A DNA stretch of 64,000 bases from Clostridiales bacterium (lineage in GTDB: Bacteria > Bacillota > Clostridia > Lachnospirales > Lachnospiraceae): NCBI GenBank assembly GCA_021199255.1, contig JAJQIK010000043.1, positions 1,235-65,234 of the forward strand, written 5' to 3'. A program made the translations under genes and the position numbers. Under the pieces are notes generated by a model that did not search any database, had not been told where the DNA came from, and worked only from the letters and a program-made list of their open reading frames with translations. This document shows, piece by piece, positions 1 to 9,118 of this stretch. How positions within the stretch are numbered: the first letter of the stretch is position 1; the number at the start of each line of letters is the position of its first letter.

Positions 1-381
1 CTGTGGCGTCAAATGCACCAGTTTTTCGATTCCGGCTCTTGCCCTTGCAACCGTCAAATCCTCCAATAATCCGCCCAACTGCATGATAAATGCGACTTCA
101 CCGGCGGCAAATTCCTCGCCAATGCAAACCGAGGCAATCAGCGCGATTGATACAAGCACATCTGCTTTGATGTCAAAGGCTGTGATTAGTCCTATAATGG
201 CTTCCAAAATAATCGGGACACCGCATAGGATAATCGAAATCCATGCTAAATCGAACGGGAGCGGATTCCACCCTGTTAAGCTGAGTATCAGGAATATTCC
301 TGATATCACAAGGAGTGTAATATCTTTTTTGGTGCCGCCCTTTTCCAAAAGCGACGCCATCTGTTTCATTAATTTGTTCAT
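1..381 (-). CDS. Heavy-metal translocating P1B-type ATPase, N-terminal 127 codons (gene runs off the left edge)
   Basis: Own translation from ATG at 381, with a GGAGGAAG RBS just upstream: MNKLMKQMASLLEKGG...DIKADVLVSIALIASVCIGEEFAAGEVAFIMQLGGLLEDLTVARARAGIEKLVHLTPQ. This is typical CadA/ZntA/CopA-type TM and actuator-entry sequence. The frame is open to position 1, so it is absent from the ORF track. No N-terminal CxxC metal-binding domain is present. Confidence 0.8.
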   Translation of the reverse strand, partial: MNKLMKQMASLLEKGGTKKDITLLVISGIFLILSLTGWNPLPFDLAWISIILCGVPIILEAIIGLITAFDIKADVLVSIALIASVCIGEEFAAGEVAFIMQLGGLLEDLTVARARAGIEKLVHLTPQ

Positions 382-400
382 TTTCTTCCTCCAGCACTTA

Positions 401-454
401 TACCCATAGGGGTATGTGTATCTATATTATACATATAGGGGTATAGGTTGTCAA
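401..454 (-). promoter_or_regulatory. Promoter (TTGACA-17-TATAAT) plus CsoR-type operator for the ATPase gene
   Basis: On the minus strand, TTGACA lies at 454-449 and TATAAT at 431-426, with a 17-bp spacer. The palindrome TACCCATAGGGGTA lies at 401-414, just downstream of the -10 box. A second GGGGTATAGG half-site lies inside the spacer. Confidence 0.6.
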
Positions 455-522
455 GAGAAAAATAAAAAGCAGCCAAACTACCTGGCTGCTTTTTAAGTAC
501 AAGCTTTGTATAATATATTTGT

Positions 523-798
523 TTATCCCATGTTTGCGAAGCGTTCAACTGCTTTAGTAAAATCTTTGATCGTCTGGTCAGCATCACCATGTTCAATACC
601 ATCTCTCACACAATGCTGAATGTGACCCTCTAAGACCACCTTCCCACAACCATGCAAAGCTGATTTTGCCGCATTAATCTGTGCAAGAATATCCTCGCAG
701 GGAACATCCTCATCTACCATACGGTCAATAGCCTGTACCTGACCAATTATTTTCTTTAATCTGCGATGTAGATTTTCCGCATCCATACACTGTCTCAT
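523..798 (-). CDS. csoR: CsoR/RcnR-family metal-sensing repressor (Cu-type Cys-His-Cys signature)
   Basis: MRQCMDAENLHRRLKKIIGQVQAIDRMVDEDVPCEDILAQINAAKSAL...EGHIQHCV matches the CsoR fold, with Cys in PCEDIL and HxxxC in HIQHC. I chose the ATG at 798, which has a GGAGG RBS, rather than the longer track ORF start. Confidence 0.9.
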   Translation of the reverse strand: MRQCMDAENLHRRLKKIIGQVQAIDRMVDEDVPCEDILAQINAAKSALHGCGKVVLEGHIQHCVRDGIEHGDADQTIKDFTKAVERFANMG

Positions 799-812
799 TC
801 TGAATTCCTCCA

Positions 813-864
813 ATACGCTAAGGGGTATAAGTATATTATAAATTAGATTCAAACAGCTTGTCAA
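813..864 (-). promoter_or_regulatory. csoR promoter with degenerate CsoR operator (autoregulation)
   Basis: On the minus strand, TTGACA lies at 864-859 and TATAAT at 840-835. ATACGCTAAGGGGTAT at 813-828 resembles the operator at 401-414. Confidence 0.5.
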
Positions 865-927
865 GATACCTGAGAGTGATGACAGATCGATTTTCTCAGC
901 ATATTTATTTAGCAATGTAATTTTTAC

Positions 928-1155
928 TTAAAAGTCAGCTGCGATTACCCAATCCTGCATCTCAGAATTAAGGTACAGACGAGCATACTCTATCGGATTA
1001 TCAATCGCAAGAGCATCCAACATTCGTTGAGAGTTTGGTGTGGTAATAAGATTTTCTTCCGCTTTGCCACAATCAATTCGAAGTATGTAACCCTCATAAT
1101 AATTAATATCTATGGTGTTGTAATATTTATTGTATTTAGCATAAACAATATTCAT
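928..1155 (-). CDS. Hypothetical small protein (75 aa), AT-rich orphan
   Basis: The ORF has a GGAAAGGA RBS before the ATG at 1155 (MNIVYAKYNKYYNTIDINYYEGYILRIDCGK...). I recognise no family. Local AT content is clearly higher than in the flanking genes. Confidence 0.45.
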   Translation of the reverse strand: MNIVYAKYNKYYNTIDINYYEGYILRIDCGKAEENLITTPNSQRMLDALAIDNPIEYARLYLNSEMQDWVIAADF

Positions 1156-1258
1156 AATTTCTGTCCTTTCCATAATCTTATCTGTTATAATCTTCATTAA
1201 GAAGCACAATCATCAGCTCCAGCCGATTTATATAATGTTATTAGCTGTTACCATATTT

Positions 1259-1338
1259 TCTTTCCCTTGTTTTTTCCCTTATGATGGTACGTAACACGAG
1301 GGAAAAGGATATAACATAAGGGAAAGTCTAAGGGAAAG
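1259..1338. repeat. Array of five AAGGGAAA(G) motifs in inverted arrangement
   Basis: CTTTCCCTT at 1260-1268 and TTTTCCCTT at 1272-1280 are the minus-sense copies. GAGGGAAAAGG (1298-1308), AAGGGAAAG (1319-1327) and AAGGGAAAG (1330-1338) are the plus-sense copies. Confidence 0.7.
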
Positions 1339-1370
1339 CTCACCTGTCCAAACTTTAGTAAAATCAAGGG

Positions 1371-1399
1371 TTTGCCGATTCTTCGGTAACACTTTATAA
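1371..1399 (+). promoter_or_regulatory. Candidate plus-strand promoter TTGCCG-17-TATAAT pointing antisense into the 3' end of the 255-aa gene
   Basis: TTGCCG lies at 1371-1376 and TATAAT at 1394-1399, with an exact 17-bp spacer. No plus-strand ORF follows. Confidence 0.3.
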
Positions 1400-1482
1400 T
1401 ACGAATTAAGTGTTAAAGAAATTATGTATTAACAACTGAAATTTGCCAGCAAGCCCATTAGAAAAAAAAGCAAAAAATCTCA

Positions 1483-2250
1483 CTAATACCAACCTTCTAA
1501 TTCTTTTTTTATTTTCCCAATTTCGTTCGAAATATCGTCAACATTATTACAAAGCTTTAATTGCTTCGATTTTTCAATTCTTGATTCGAGAACTTGGATT
1601 TTTAACCTCCACATCCTATATGCAAATGTCATGTATTTCATAACATTTGTCGGAGAATCCAATGCCACTGTACCAAATTCTATTAGTTCATCTACTAACC
1701 CTGTATTAGTATTAAAGCAATATAATGTTGAACAAAATTCATTGATAGGTGTTTCCTCATATTTAAAAATATTTAGATATGCTTTTAGTAACTTCCCATT
1801 CACAGAAGAATGATTAAATATAATTTCTATATCATTATCGAAATACTCGTTTACTGCCCAAAGAAATGTATCTAATCGATCATTTCCTATTCCCTGCTTA
1901 GCTAATTGCATATTGCCAGTTTTAGGTATCAAAGAAATATTAACTATACTCTTCATAAGCGACTCACATATGTTTAAATTATTGTTATATTTTTCTTTAT
2001 CTATAGGTATTTCATCCAGCAAACTTTTCATTTTTTCTACACGAGAGTATCCAAAACCTTTCGAAAAATTGAACATAGTCTCACCTGCGAAGTCTATGTC
2101 AAAACTCCCAGATTCAGTACCTTTAAACGTCTTTGTGATAAATCTTCTATTATTATCGCATTTGATATCTTCATCCTTGATATTGTAAAGAATTTTATAA
2201 ACTTCCCACGCAAGATCACTATCATCAAATTCTTTTTTTTCTTCTTTCAT
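1483..2250 (-). CDS. Hypothetical protein (255 aa), AT-rich orphan
   Basis: A long ORF with a GGAGAGAG RBS. Its Lys/Asn/Ile-rich composition is unlike the neighbouring genes. I recognise no motif. An A8 tract lies in codons 4-7. Confidence 0.6.
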   Translation of the reverse strand: MKEEKKEFDDSDLAWEVYKILYNIKDEDIKCDNNRRFITKTFKGTESGSFDIDFAGETMFNFSKGFGYSRVEKMKSLLDEIPIDKEKYNNNLNICESLMKSIVNISLIPKTGNMQLAKQGIGNDRLDTFLWAVNEYFDNDIEIIFNHSSVNGKLLKAYLNIFKYEETPINEFCSTLYCFNTNTGLVDELIEFGTVALDSPTNVMKYMTFAYRMWRLKIQVLESRIEKSKQLKLCNNVDDISNEIGKIKKELEGWY

Positions 2251-2299
2251 TACAACTCTCTCCTCAAATTTAGATTTGTTGCTTTCACAAGAGCCTTAT

Positions 2300-2866
2300 T
2301 TAAGTCTTGTAATCTTCCATTATCACAGCCGCAATGATTTCCGCTGCCAGCCTGGAACCCTCCTCATTCGGATGGCTTCCATCCTCCGCATAAAGATTTC
2401 GATATGTACTCTGCTGATAAAACGCCGTTCCCACATCCGCAATCAAAGCGCCACCGATAAGTGCCGCTTCCCGGTATGCCTCCTGCAGCCCATGATACAT
2501 TTCATCGTAGTCCAGTCCGGACTTCTTCATCTGGGAACTATCCTTTTGATACGCCCATGTCAGATAAAGAACCGGCCTTGCCCCTGCTACATGAATCTGA
2601 ACGCAAAGCGCCGCGGCAGATTGCAGGAATTTATTTCTGGTTTTCACCGGAGCATTGCTCATCTCCTGCAGCACCACATAATCCCATTGTTCCTCAGAGA
2701 GTGCTTTCTGTGTCTTTGCACCCAGTTCTGTTTCAGGATCGAGCTGTTCTGCCAGCCTTGCACCGCCGCGCGTGTAATGCACAACCTCCGCTCCGGTTCT
2801 TTCGGCAAGCATTTGAGGCATATTATTTGTAAAAATATAGCTGTTCCCAAGCATTAAAATTCTCAT
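2300..2866 (-). CDS. SGNH/GDSL-family hydrolase
   Basis: MRILMLGNSY carries the GNS nucleophile block, and DGSHPN is the C-terminal Asp-x-x-His block. The start at 2866 follows an AGAGGAG RBS. Confidence 0.75.
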   Translation of the reverse strand: MRILMLGNSYIFTNNMPQMLAERTGAEVVHYTRGGARLAEQLDPETELGAKTQKALSEEQWDYVVLQEMSNAPVKTRNKFLQSAAALCVQIHVAGARPVLYLTWAYQKDSSQMKKSGLDYDEMYHGLQEAYREAALIGGALIADVGTAFYQQSTYRNLYAEDGSHPNEEGSRLAAEIIAAVIMEDYKT

Positions 2867-2965
2867 GTTTTTCTGCGCTCCTCTTTGAATTATAGCTTTT
2901 GCACCCATGAATCACAATCCCTTTCTTCTATGTAAGGGCGACTTTTCGCCGCCCTTCTTGTGGTA

Positions 2966-3652
2966 TCACTCCGCCGCTTCGACCAGTTCCACCAGCCGCC
3001 CATGCACCACATACCTCGCATTTTCAAAGGAGTACGCGCAGGTAGACAGGGTGATGATCCGGTCTTCTGTCGTCAGCCGGATGTTTGCTGTGAAATCAGA
3101 CTTTGCGCTGATCTCCCGCATCCACTCGGCAAATTCATGGGAAGTATCAAGCTGCATCCGATACGCTGATGAAGCCTCTGCCGTCGTATATCCGGCAAAA
3201 AGCTCCAGAAGATACGTCTTCCCTTCCACATTCAGATACATAACCGGATGCGCCTCATAATACTCCTGCTCTGCATACCGGATCAGACTGGCGAACATTT
3301 TTCCGCTGGCCATATGATGACCGTAAATAATCGTGTTTTCATCATCCGGACAGTAAAGCCATGCTACAATCTCCGGATTGATCTCTTGCAAAGCATTGAA
3401 ATCCACCGCCGGCGCTTCGGAAATTTCGGAGACGCTTTCCGAGGTAACAGGTACCGGACTTTCATCCGGCTCTCCGTTATCCCCGTTTTCGACTGGCTCC
3501 GCTACAGCCGACTCCGCCATTCTTTCATACAGCTCATCACCCTCCTGATATTCCAGTGCCGCATACAAAAGCCTTCCTCCAAAATAAGCCGCGACCCCGA
3601 AACATATCAGCGACAGACTCAGCGCCGCCCATTTCCGAATCTCTTTTGCCAT
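2966..3652 (-). CDS. srtB: Class B sortase
   Basis: An N-terminal TM anchor is present. IIYGHHMASGKMFASL and the catalytic TLSTC motif match sortases. The ATG at 3652 lies 1 nt after the stop of the adhesin sorting-signal frame. Confidence 0.85.
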   Translation of the reverse strand: MAKEIRKWAALSLSLICFGVAAYFGGRLLYAALEYQEGDELYERMAESAVAEPVENGDNGEPDESPVPVTSESVSEISEAPAVDFNALQEINPEIVAWLYCPDDENTIIYGHHMASGKMFASLIRYAEQEYYEAHPVMYLNVEGKTYLLELFAGYTTAEASSAYRMQLDTSHEFAEWMREISAKSDFTANIRLTTEDRIITLSTCAYSFENARYVVHGRLVELVEAAE

Positions 3653-3653
3653 A

Positions 3654-5885
3654 TCACCTGTCTTTCCTGCGTTTCCAGAGTGCATAACCTCCGAAACCGC
3701 AGGCTCCAAGCGCCGCAATACCGGCGATCACCGCCACAGGAACAGTTGGTTATCATCCCCGGTTTTCACGCCGAAAATGGTCACTGTTGTTTCCTCCGAT
3801 GGTTCCTCCACATAGGTCTTCACCACGTTCGTACTGACCGCCGCTCCATCCACTGTTACAGATGCCTGGTTCTGTACAAAGCTGCCTGCAGCAGCATCCG
3901 CCACAGTGACAAACAGTGCAACCGTCTTTGTCTCCCCGCCTTTCAGGGTCAGCGTCCATGTGACAACACCGTCTTCGCAGACTCCGCCATTATCCGCTGA
4001 AACAAAGGTGGTTCCTTCCGGAAGCTCGTCGGTAATAGTAAACGTCTTTTCGCTCTCTGAGGGATTTTTGACTGTGATCCGATACTGCAATACTGTACAC
4101 ATAATTATTGGTGGTGTCCTCCTCATCTGTTCCGTTCTCTGAGACCGTTTTCAGATCAGCCCTGTCCATCTTCACAGACGCCTGGTTAAACAGGTTCGTA
4201 CCCTCCGCGGACACAAGCACCTTGACCTCTACGGACACCGTAATTTTCTCATGCGCCGCCGCGGTCAGCGTCCAAGTGACGGTATGGGTATCTTCGTGAT
4301 ACACACCGCCATTGTCGGCAGAGACAAAGCTTACACCTTCCGGGAGAGTATCTGTGACCACCGCTGTCTTTTCGGTATCCGCGGGGTTTTCAAAAGTCAC
4401 CGTATAATACAGAGTTTCGCCTGCCTGTACCGGCATGGTGTTAATGGAATCCCCGTCAGCCTCTGACAGCACATCCTTCACCGGCGTCTCCAGCACGGGA
4501 GTTTCCACCGTGTTTGTTTCCGGTTCTGCTTCATCCACACTTACGGTTGCACTGTTCTTAAGGATATTCCCCTCTGCGGATTCCAGGATCTTAACCACAA
4601 CGGATACCGTCTGAGACTGGCCGGTATGCACATCCATGGTCCAGGTAACGGTATGGGTATCCTCATCATATATGCCATCGTTATCTGCGGAGACAAAACT
4701 TACGCCCTCCGACAGCTTATCTGTCACCGTAAAGGTCTTTGCCACCGATGCCGGATTGGTAAACTGAACCTGATAAGTCAGTTCTTCACCAGATGCCATA
4801 ACCACACCGTTTACATCATCTTCTCTGCTCAGTACCATTTTAACCGGCGTTTCCATGACCGGCGTTTCCACCGTATTGGTGGGAAGCGACGCGGCGTCCA
4901 CACTCACAACGGCATCATTCTCTAAAATGCTGCCCTCGGCGGATTTCAGAATTCTTACTTTCACCGATACCGCCTGCGCCTGGTCCGCGTCTACATCCAG
5001 TGTCCATGTGGCAGTGTGCGTATCTTCATCATAAACGCCGTCATTATCTGCGGATAGAAACCTCACCCCATCCGGTAGCTCATCTGTTACCGTAAAGGTC
5101 TTTGTCTCTACAGCCAGATTCTGGAACAAAATGCTGTAGGTGATCACATCACCAGACTGTTTGACCGTCTGCACCGCATTCCCATCGCCGTCAACACCGA
5201 TATTTTCACCATCGGCGTCCATCACAGCTTTCACAGGTTCATCCAGCACATAGACCGGCGTCCTGTCTTCATCCTCCGGAGCGTTGGTAGAAATCGTAAC
5301 TTTATCCGCAAGGTCAACCGACACATTCGCCTGGTTATAAATCTTCGTCAGTTCCTGCGCCGGCTCATCAACCGTCACAGAAAAAGTGATCGTTTTGCTC
5401 TCCTTGGCAGAAAGGTTCAGCTTCCATATCACGACGCCTTCAGATACGGTTCCGCCATCACTGATACTGTCTTCCACCAGCGTCACTCCGGCGGGGATTT
5501 CATCCGTTACCACAAAGGTCTTTTCCTCCGCAGCCGGATTGGTAAAGCGAATACGGTACGTCAGAGTATCCCCGGCTGCTACCACACAGTTCGTCACGTC
5601 CCCATCCTCGTTCTATGCAGATTTTACAGGGTCTGCGAGGATCGGCGTGCTGACCGTGTCAAAAAGGGTGACTTCTTTTTCTGACGTGTTGCCATCGAAC
5701 GGATAAAAGGTCACGGCCGCCGTATTTTTCACAATACTGCCCTGCGTATCACTTCCCATCACGCAGGAGAAAGATACGGAACCACTCCCATAAGCCTCCA
5801 CGGTAAACGTCCAGCCAACCACGCCATTCTCGTAAACGCCGCCGTCGCTGATGCTTCCCTCTACAATCTCACAACCGGAAGGCAC
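3654..5885 (-). pseudogene. Decayed sortase-anchored surface adhesin with six DUF11-like (TIGR01451-type) repeat modules
   Basis: - Track ORFs 5613-5885, 3990-5597 and 3728-4126 are pieces of one gene.
- The module GD.LTY.I.F.N....KTF.VTD.LP.GV.FVSADNGG...TWTL recurs about six times.
- An in-frame TAG lies at 5613-5615.
- A 1-nt frameshift lies near 4100, and another near 3740.
- After the second shift, the alternative frame reads VPVAVIAGIAALGACGFGGYALWKRRKDR*. This is a hydrophobic anchor plus basic tail, following GVKTGDDNQ.
- No signal peptide is found upstream. Confidence 0.8.
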
Positions 5886-6100
5886 CGCATGCCATTCAAT
5901 ATTACTCCGTTGATTTCTCTGTCAGTTCTTCTTTATACAGGCTCAGAAAATAATATGTGCCAGTACGTAATCCTCCACGTTATCTGTAAGTGTGATTGCG
6001 GAGGCGTACTTTCTGTCTACTGTTTTCATAATCGTCTCACTTTCTTCCATTACATTTTTTTGCCTGTCTGTAGGGAAATTAGAGCATCATTTTTTTCCGT

Positions 6101-6129
6101 ACAAAAGAAAAGCAGCCGTAATGACTGCT
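6101..6129 (-). terminator. Intrinsic terminator after the MNT-HEPN pair
   Basis: The minus-strand RNA reads AGCAG-ucauuacgg-CUGCU followed by UUUCUUUUGU. Confidence 0.45.
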
Positions 6130-6168
6130 CTTACAAACGCTTTTTCTATCTCTAAAATTTCATTAATA

Positions 6169-6603
6169 CTAACGGTTCCCTGATTCCACTTCATCCGATT
6201 TTTTCTCTATATATTGCTTAATACCATCAAAGAAGAACTCCGCCTGGCTGATCTGCTTCTGAACCTTATCTTTTGAAATAATGTAATAATCATCATAATC
6301 CGCATCTGATCTGACATCAAATGCTTCTCGTAAAATTTTAGAATATTCCTTATCAAAGATACCCGTCTTGACATAGTTTCTCTGAAAATAAGCCATTACG
6401 CCAGAATGTTTGGAGAAGTCTACACCATCCAAAGCAAGTATCGCCCTCACACAATGAAATATTGCATAATATGAGCGGTTGGCTGCCCCGTAGTATTCTT
6501 CTGCATCTGTTAAAATATGTGCAGATTTTATACAATTCTCCGCTTTCTCCAACCTGTACCTGCTTAAAGCAATCTGTCGTTCATCCATATACGGCCACCC
6601 CAT
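6169..6603 (-). CDS. HEPN-domain protein (UPF0332-type), partner of the upstream nucleotidyltransferase
   Basis: The helical HEPN signature ANRSYYAIFHCVRAIL...FDVRSDADY is present. The gene overlaps the MNT gene by 23 nt. Confidence 0.85.
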   Translation of the reverse strand: MGWPYMDERQIALSRYRLEKAENCIKSAHILTDAEEYYGAANRSYYAIFHCVRAILALDGVDFSKHSGVMAYFQRNYVKTGIFDKEYSKILREAFDVRSDADYDDYYIISKDKVQKQISQAEFFFDGIKQYIEKKSDEVESGNR

Positions 6604-6922
6604 CTCTTACCACGTTTCGATAGAACGGCAGAAAATCCTGATTTTCCTGAAAATGTTTCTTGTCCCTCAACAGTATCGAGAGGAAGACATCCTCGTCCAG
6701 CGAAATATCATTTGCCATTTCATATGTCATATCTCTTAAATTTTCCACCTCATCTCTGTCACAGTCCAGCAAAATCATGATATCAATATCGGATTCTTCT
6801 GTGTTATCACCCCTGGCATACGAACCATACAAAATAATCCGATCCAGCTTACTGCCATATATTTGCTTCGATTCCTCTCTAATCTTACCCAGAACCGTTT
6901 GTAATTCTGCCTTGGTACACAT
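6581..6922 (-). CDS. Minimal nucleotidyltransferase (MNT, Pol-beta superfamily)
   Basis: The LYGSYARGDNTEESDIDIMILLD motif (GSxxRG...DxD) is present. An AGAGGAG RBS precedes the ATG at 6922. Confidence 0.9.
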   Translation of the reverse strand: MCTKAELQTVLGKIREESKQIYGSKLDRIILYGSYARGDNTEESDIDIMILLDCDRDEVENLRDMTYEMANDISLDEDVFLSILLRDKKHFQENQDFLPFYRNVVRDGVAVYG

Positions 6923-7167
6923 ACTTATCAGCTCCTCTCTGAGACTTCTTTACTATAACCAATTATAACAGAATCCCGTCATTCTTACACTCTTTTTTCT
7001 GAAAGAATAACGAACTTTTCAAGCTAAATTCTGTCTTCCACCTGTTACGTTTCTTTTACTACTTTCTTTCGACGAATTCTGTTCACCATTACGCCAAATT
7101 CGTCCCGTTCAAATGCTTCTTAACTGTCCGCTCAGTTTCAATATATTGTGTTTTTCTCTCTATTATA

Positions 7168-7362
7168 TCAATATATTGTACTTTCTAATTGATATGCCTC
7201 TATCAATGCTTGACTAAACATAAAATCATTTTCTTCATAATGCTTTCCATATGAGACAGCACCTCGACATATTATTGACTGACATATTAATTCATATTGA
7301 TAATCAGACAAAATTCTTATCATTTTTTCATAATTACTTGGTGAAAGTGGCAAAGAAAACAT
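7168..7362 (-). CDS. Hypothetical 64-aa protein, possibly a remnant of a larger gene
   Basis: An AAAGGAG RBS lies 9 nt before the ATG. The segment CRGAVSYGKHYEENDFMFSQALIEAYQLES faintly resembles the RG..G......G.A...A..LE core of nucleotidyl-cyclase-like folds. It is too short to call. Confidence 0.3.
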   Translation of the reverse strand: MFSLPLSPSNYEKMIRILSDYQYELICQSIICRGAVSYGKHYEENDFMFSQALIEAYQLESTIY

Positions 7363-7423
7363 AATATTTTTCTCCTTTGTAAATTTGAATCAACGTTTTC
7401 TTTGTAATCTCTGAAATTACCCT

Positions 7424-8908
7424 TTATTCAGGCTTTATAACAAACTGATATTTGCCTTTTCCTCGTCCGGCTACAGGTTCAATCAAGCTGGCCTCGCGCA
7501 TCTTTTTGATCAGTTCTCCGGCTGAGTAAGAAGATACCGAGATAATGTTCATAATTTCCGCCCTGCCGAATGGTTGAAAATAACCCACCTTTTCGTAGAC
7601 CTTCAACATTTTGTCCTTCGTAGGTTGTTTTACTTGCAAGCCTGAGATGTTGTCTTGAAAGATAGCTTTTTGTGTTTCAAACGTAGCTTTTCTTTCATCA
7701 AACGTAGCTTTTCTTTCATCAAACGTAGCTTTTTCTGATTGCTCAATCGGTACATGATAATTCAAATTATAAAGTGTTACCCAAAATGACGAACTATCAG
7801 AATAAAACTTCGGTTCCAATTCCGGAAGATAATTAACTGCCGCACGATAATCACTTTTAATTTTCTTGAAACCGCTGCCACATCGCTCCATATAATTCAT
7901 TCGGCTAAAAACATCAGCAATAATTGGATTGCGACGTTTGGAAGGAACCCGATCTGTGTCCAGATTCTACACAAAAGTTCCAGCATACATACCGCCCGGA
8001 GAATAAATCTCCATTCGATCATCATAAATATCTATATGGACTTCACTTCCCGTTTCAAGATAATCGCGGTGAATTAATCCGTTAACAAGGCACTCAAGTG
8101 CTGCCCTTTCGGGTATATCCGGCATCTCAACTCTGCCGTCAGGTGTTTTTTTCCAACGCTTTTTGGTATTATTTTTTATAAAGTCTTCTCCATATTGAAG
8201 CAGGGAAACCAGACTGCCGCTGTATTCCTTATCATCCAAAGCTTCCATAACCCCGGAAGCTTTATCAAGACCATACCACCGGGTACAAAACAAACGAGAA
8301 TGACGTATAGGAGAATCATCCGCCAACAATGCTCCCGCATTCGTGAGCGTCCCTGTTTCATCCATCAAACCGAAAGACACAAAATCAGCTTCTTCCATAT
8401 CCTGACCTGTGCGTAAACGGTAAACCGAACGCAGCCTTGTAAATGAAAGGTCTTTATACTGATAAGGAGACGGCAAGCTGTCATAGGTTTTTCCCGTTCC
8501 ACGCAGAACCAGACGACGAAGGTCTGCTGCTACTGCCGGAATACTTTCATTACCCACACGTATAAACGCTGTTCTTGTCCCATCACCCACGTAATAATAC
8601 GGTGTCTCATCACCGGCAGGTATCCGTAAAATAACAAAGTCTTTTCCATCTTCCTGATGTATTTCTAAAGACACCTGAGGGATAGGATCCAATCGCATCT
8701 TGACTATTTCGCTAATCTTTTCAGCAATGAGCTTTGCGTTTTCAAGACCAATCAGCTGTTCATCATCAGAAACTCCGAAAATAATCGCTCCCCCAATTCC
8801 ATTGGAAAAAGCGCTGACACTTTTCAGCCAACTCTTAGGGCGCTTTTCCTCTAACGCCACCTTTTTATCATATTCTGTTGCCTCTCCGATTAACTTTTTA
8901 ATATTCAA
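7424..8908 (-). pseudogene. AlbA_2 (Schlafen-type) / HATPase_c_4 / wHTH putative regulator, interrupted by an in-frame TAG
   Basis: Track ORFs 7967-8908 and 7424-7900 are in the same frame. My translation across the gap reads ...SPGGMYAGTFV*NLDTDRVPSKRRNPIIADVFSRMNYMERCGSGFKKI, with the TAG at 7967-7969. N-terminal motifs include SVSAFSNGIGGAIIFGV. The start is a TTG with a GGGAGGAG RBS. Confidence 0.8.
7678..7740 (-). repeat. 21-nt tandem repeat x3 (encodes KATFDER heptads)
   Basis: CAAACGTAGCTTTTCTTTCAT occurs at 7678-7698 and is identical at 7699-7719. A diverged copy lies at 7720-7740. All three are inside the coding sequence. Confidence 0.85.
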
Positions 8909-9118
8909 GGACAGCTCCTCCCTTTTCCATCATACCACATCAGAAATAACTAATAGAACGAATTTACCAAAAAATCCTTATTACGAATGAAGGTCACCTG
9001 TGTTGTAAAATCCGTGTAGTGTTATTTCTCCCCTATTTCCCTATCTAATCCACAAAGTATGGGGCAAATATCATCAAATAAAACCAAATATGCCGTATTA
9101 AAAATTCGTCTCTTACTA

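Noticed and set aside
2934-2956. Hairpin AAGGGCG-9 nt-CGCCCTT after the sortase gene as an intrinsic terminator.
   Set aside because: No U tract follows on the transcribed (minus) strand. The evidence is too weak to annotate it as a terminator.
3700-5900. Periodic repeats that could suggest a CRISPR array or satellite.
   Set aside because: The period is about 300-330 nt and the repeats are in-frame, diverged protein-domain modules (DUF11-like). There is no short direct-repeat and spacer structure. The same applies to 52446-54575 and 47700-50000.
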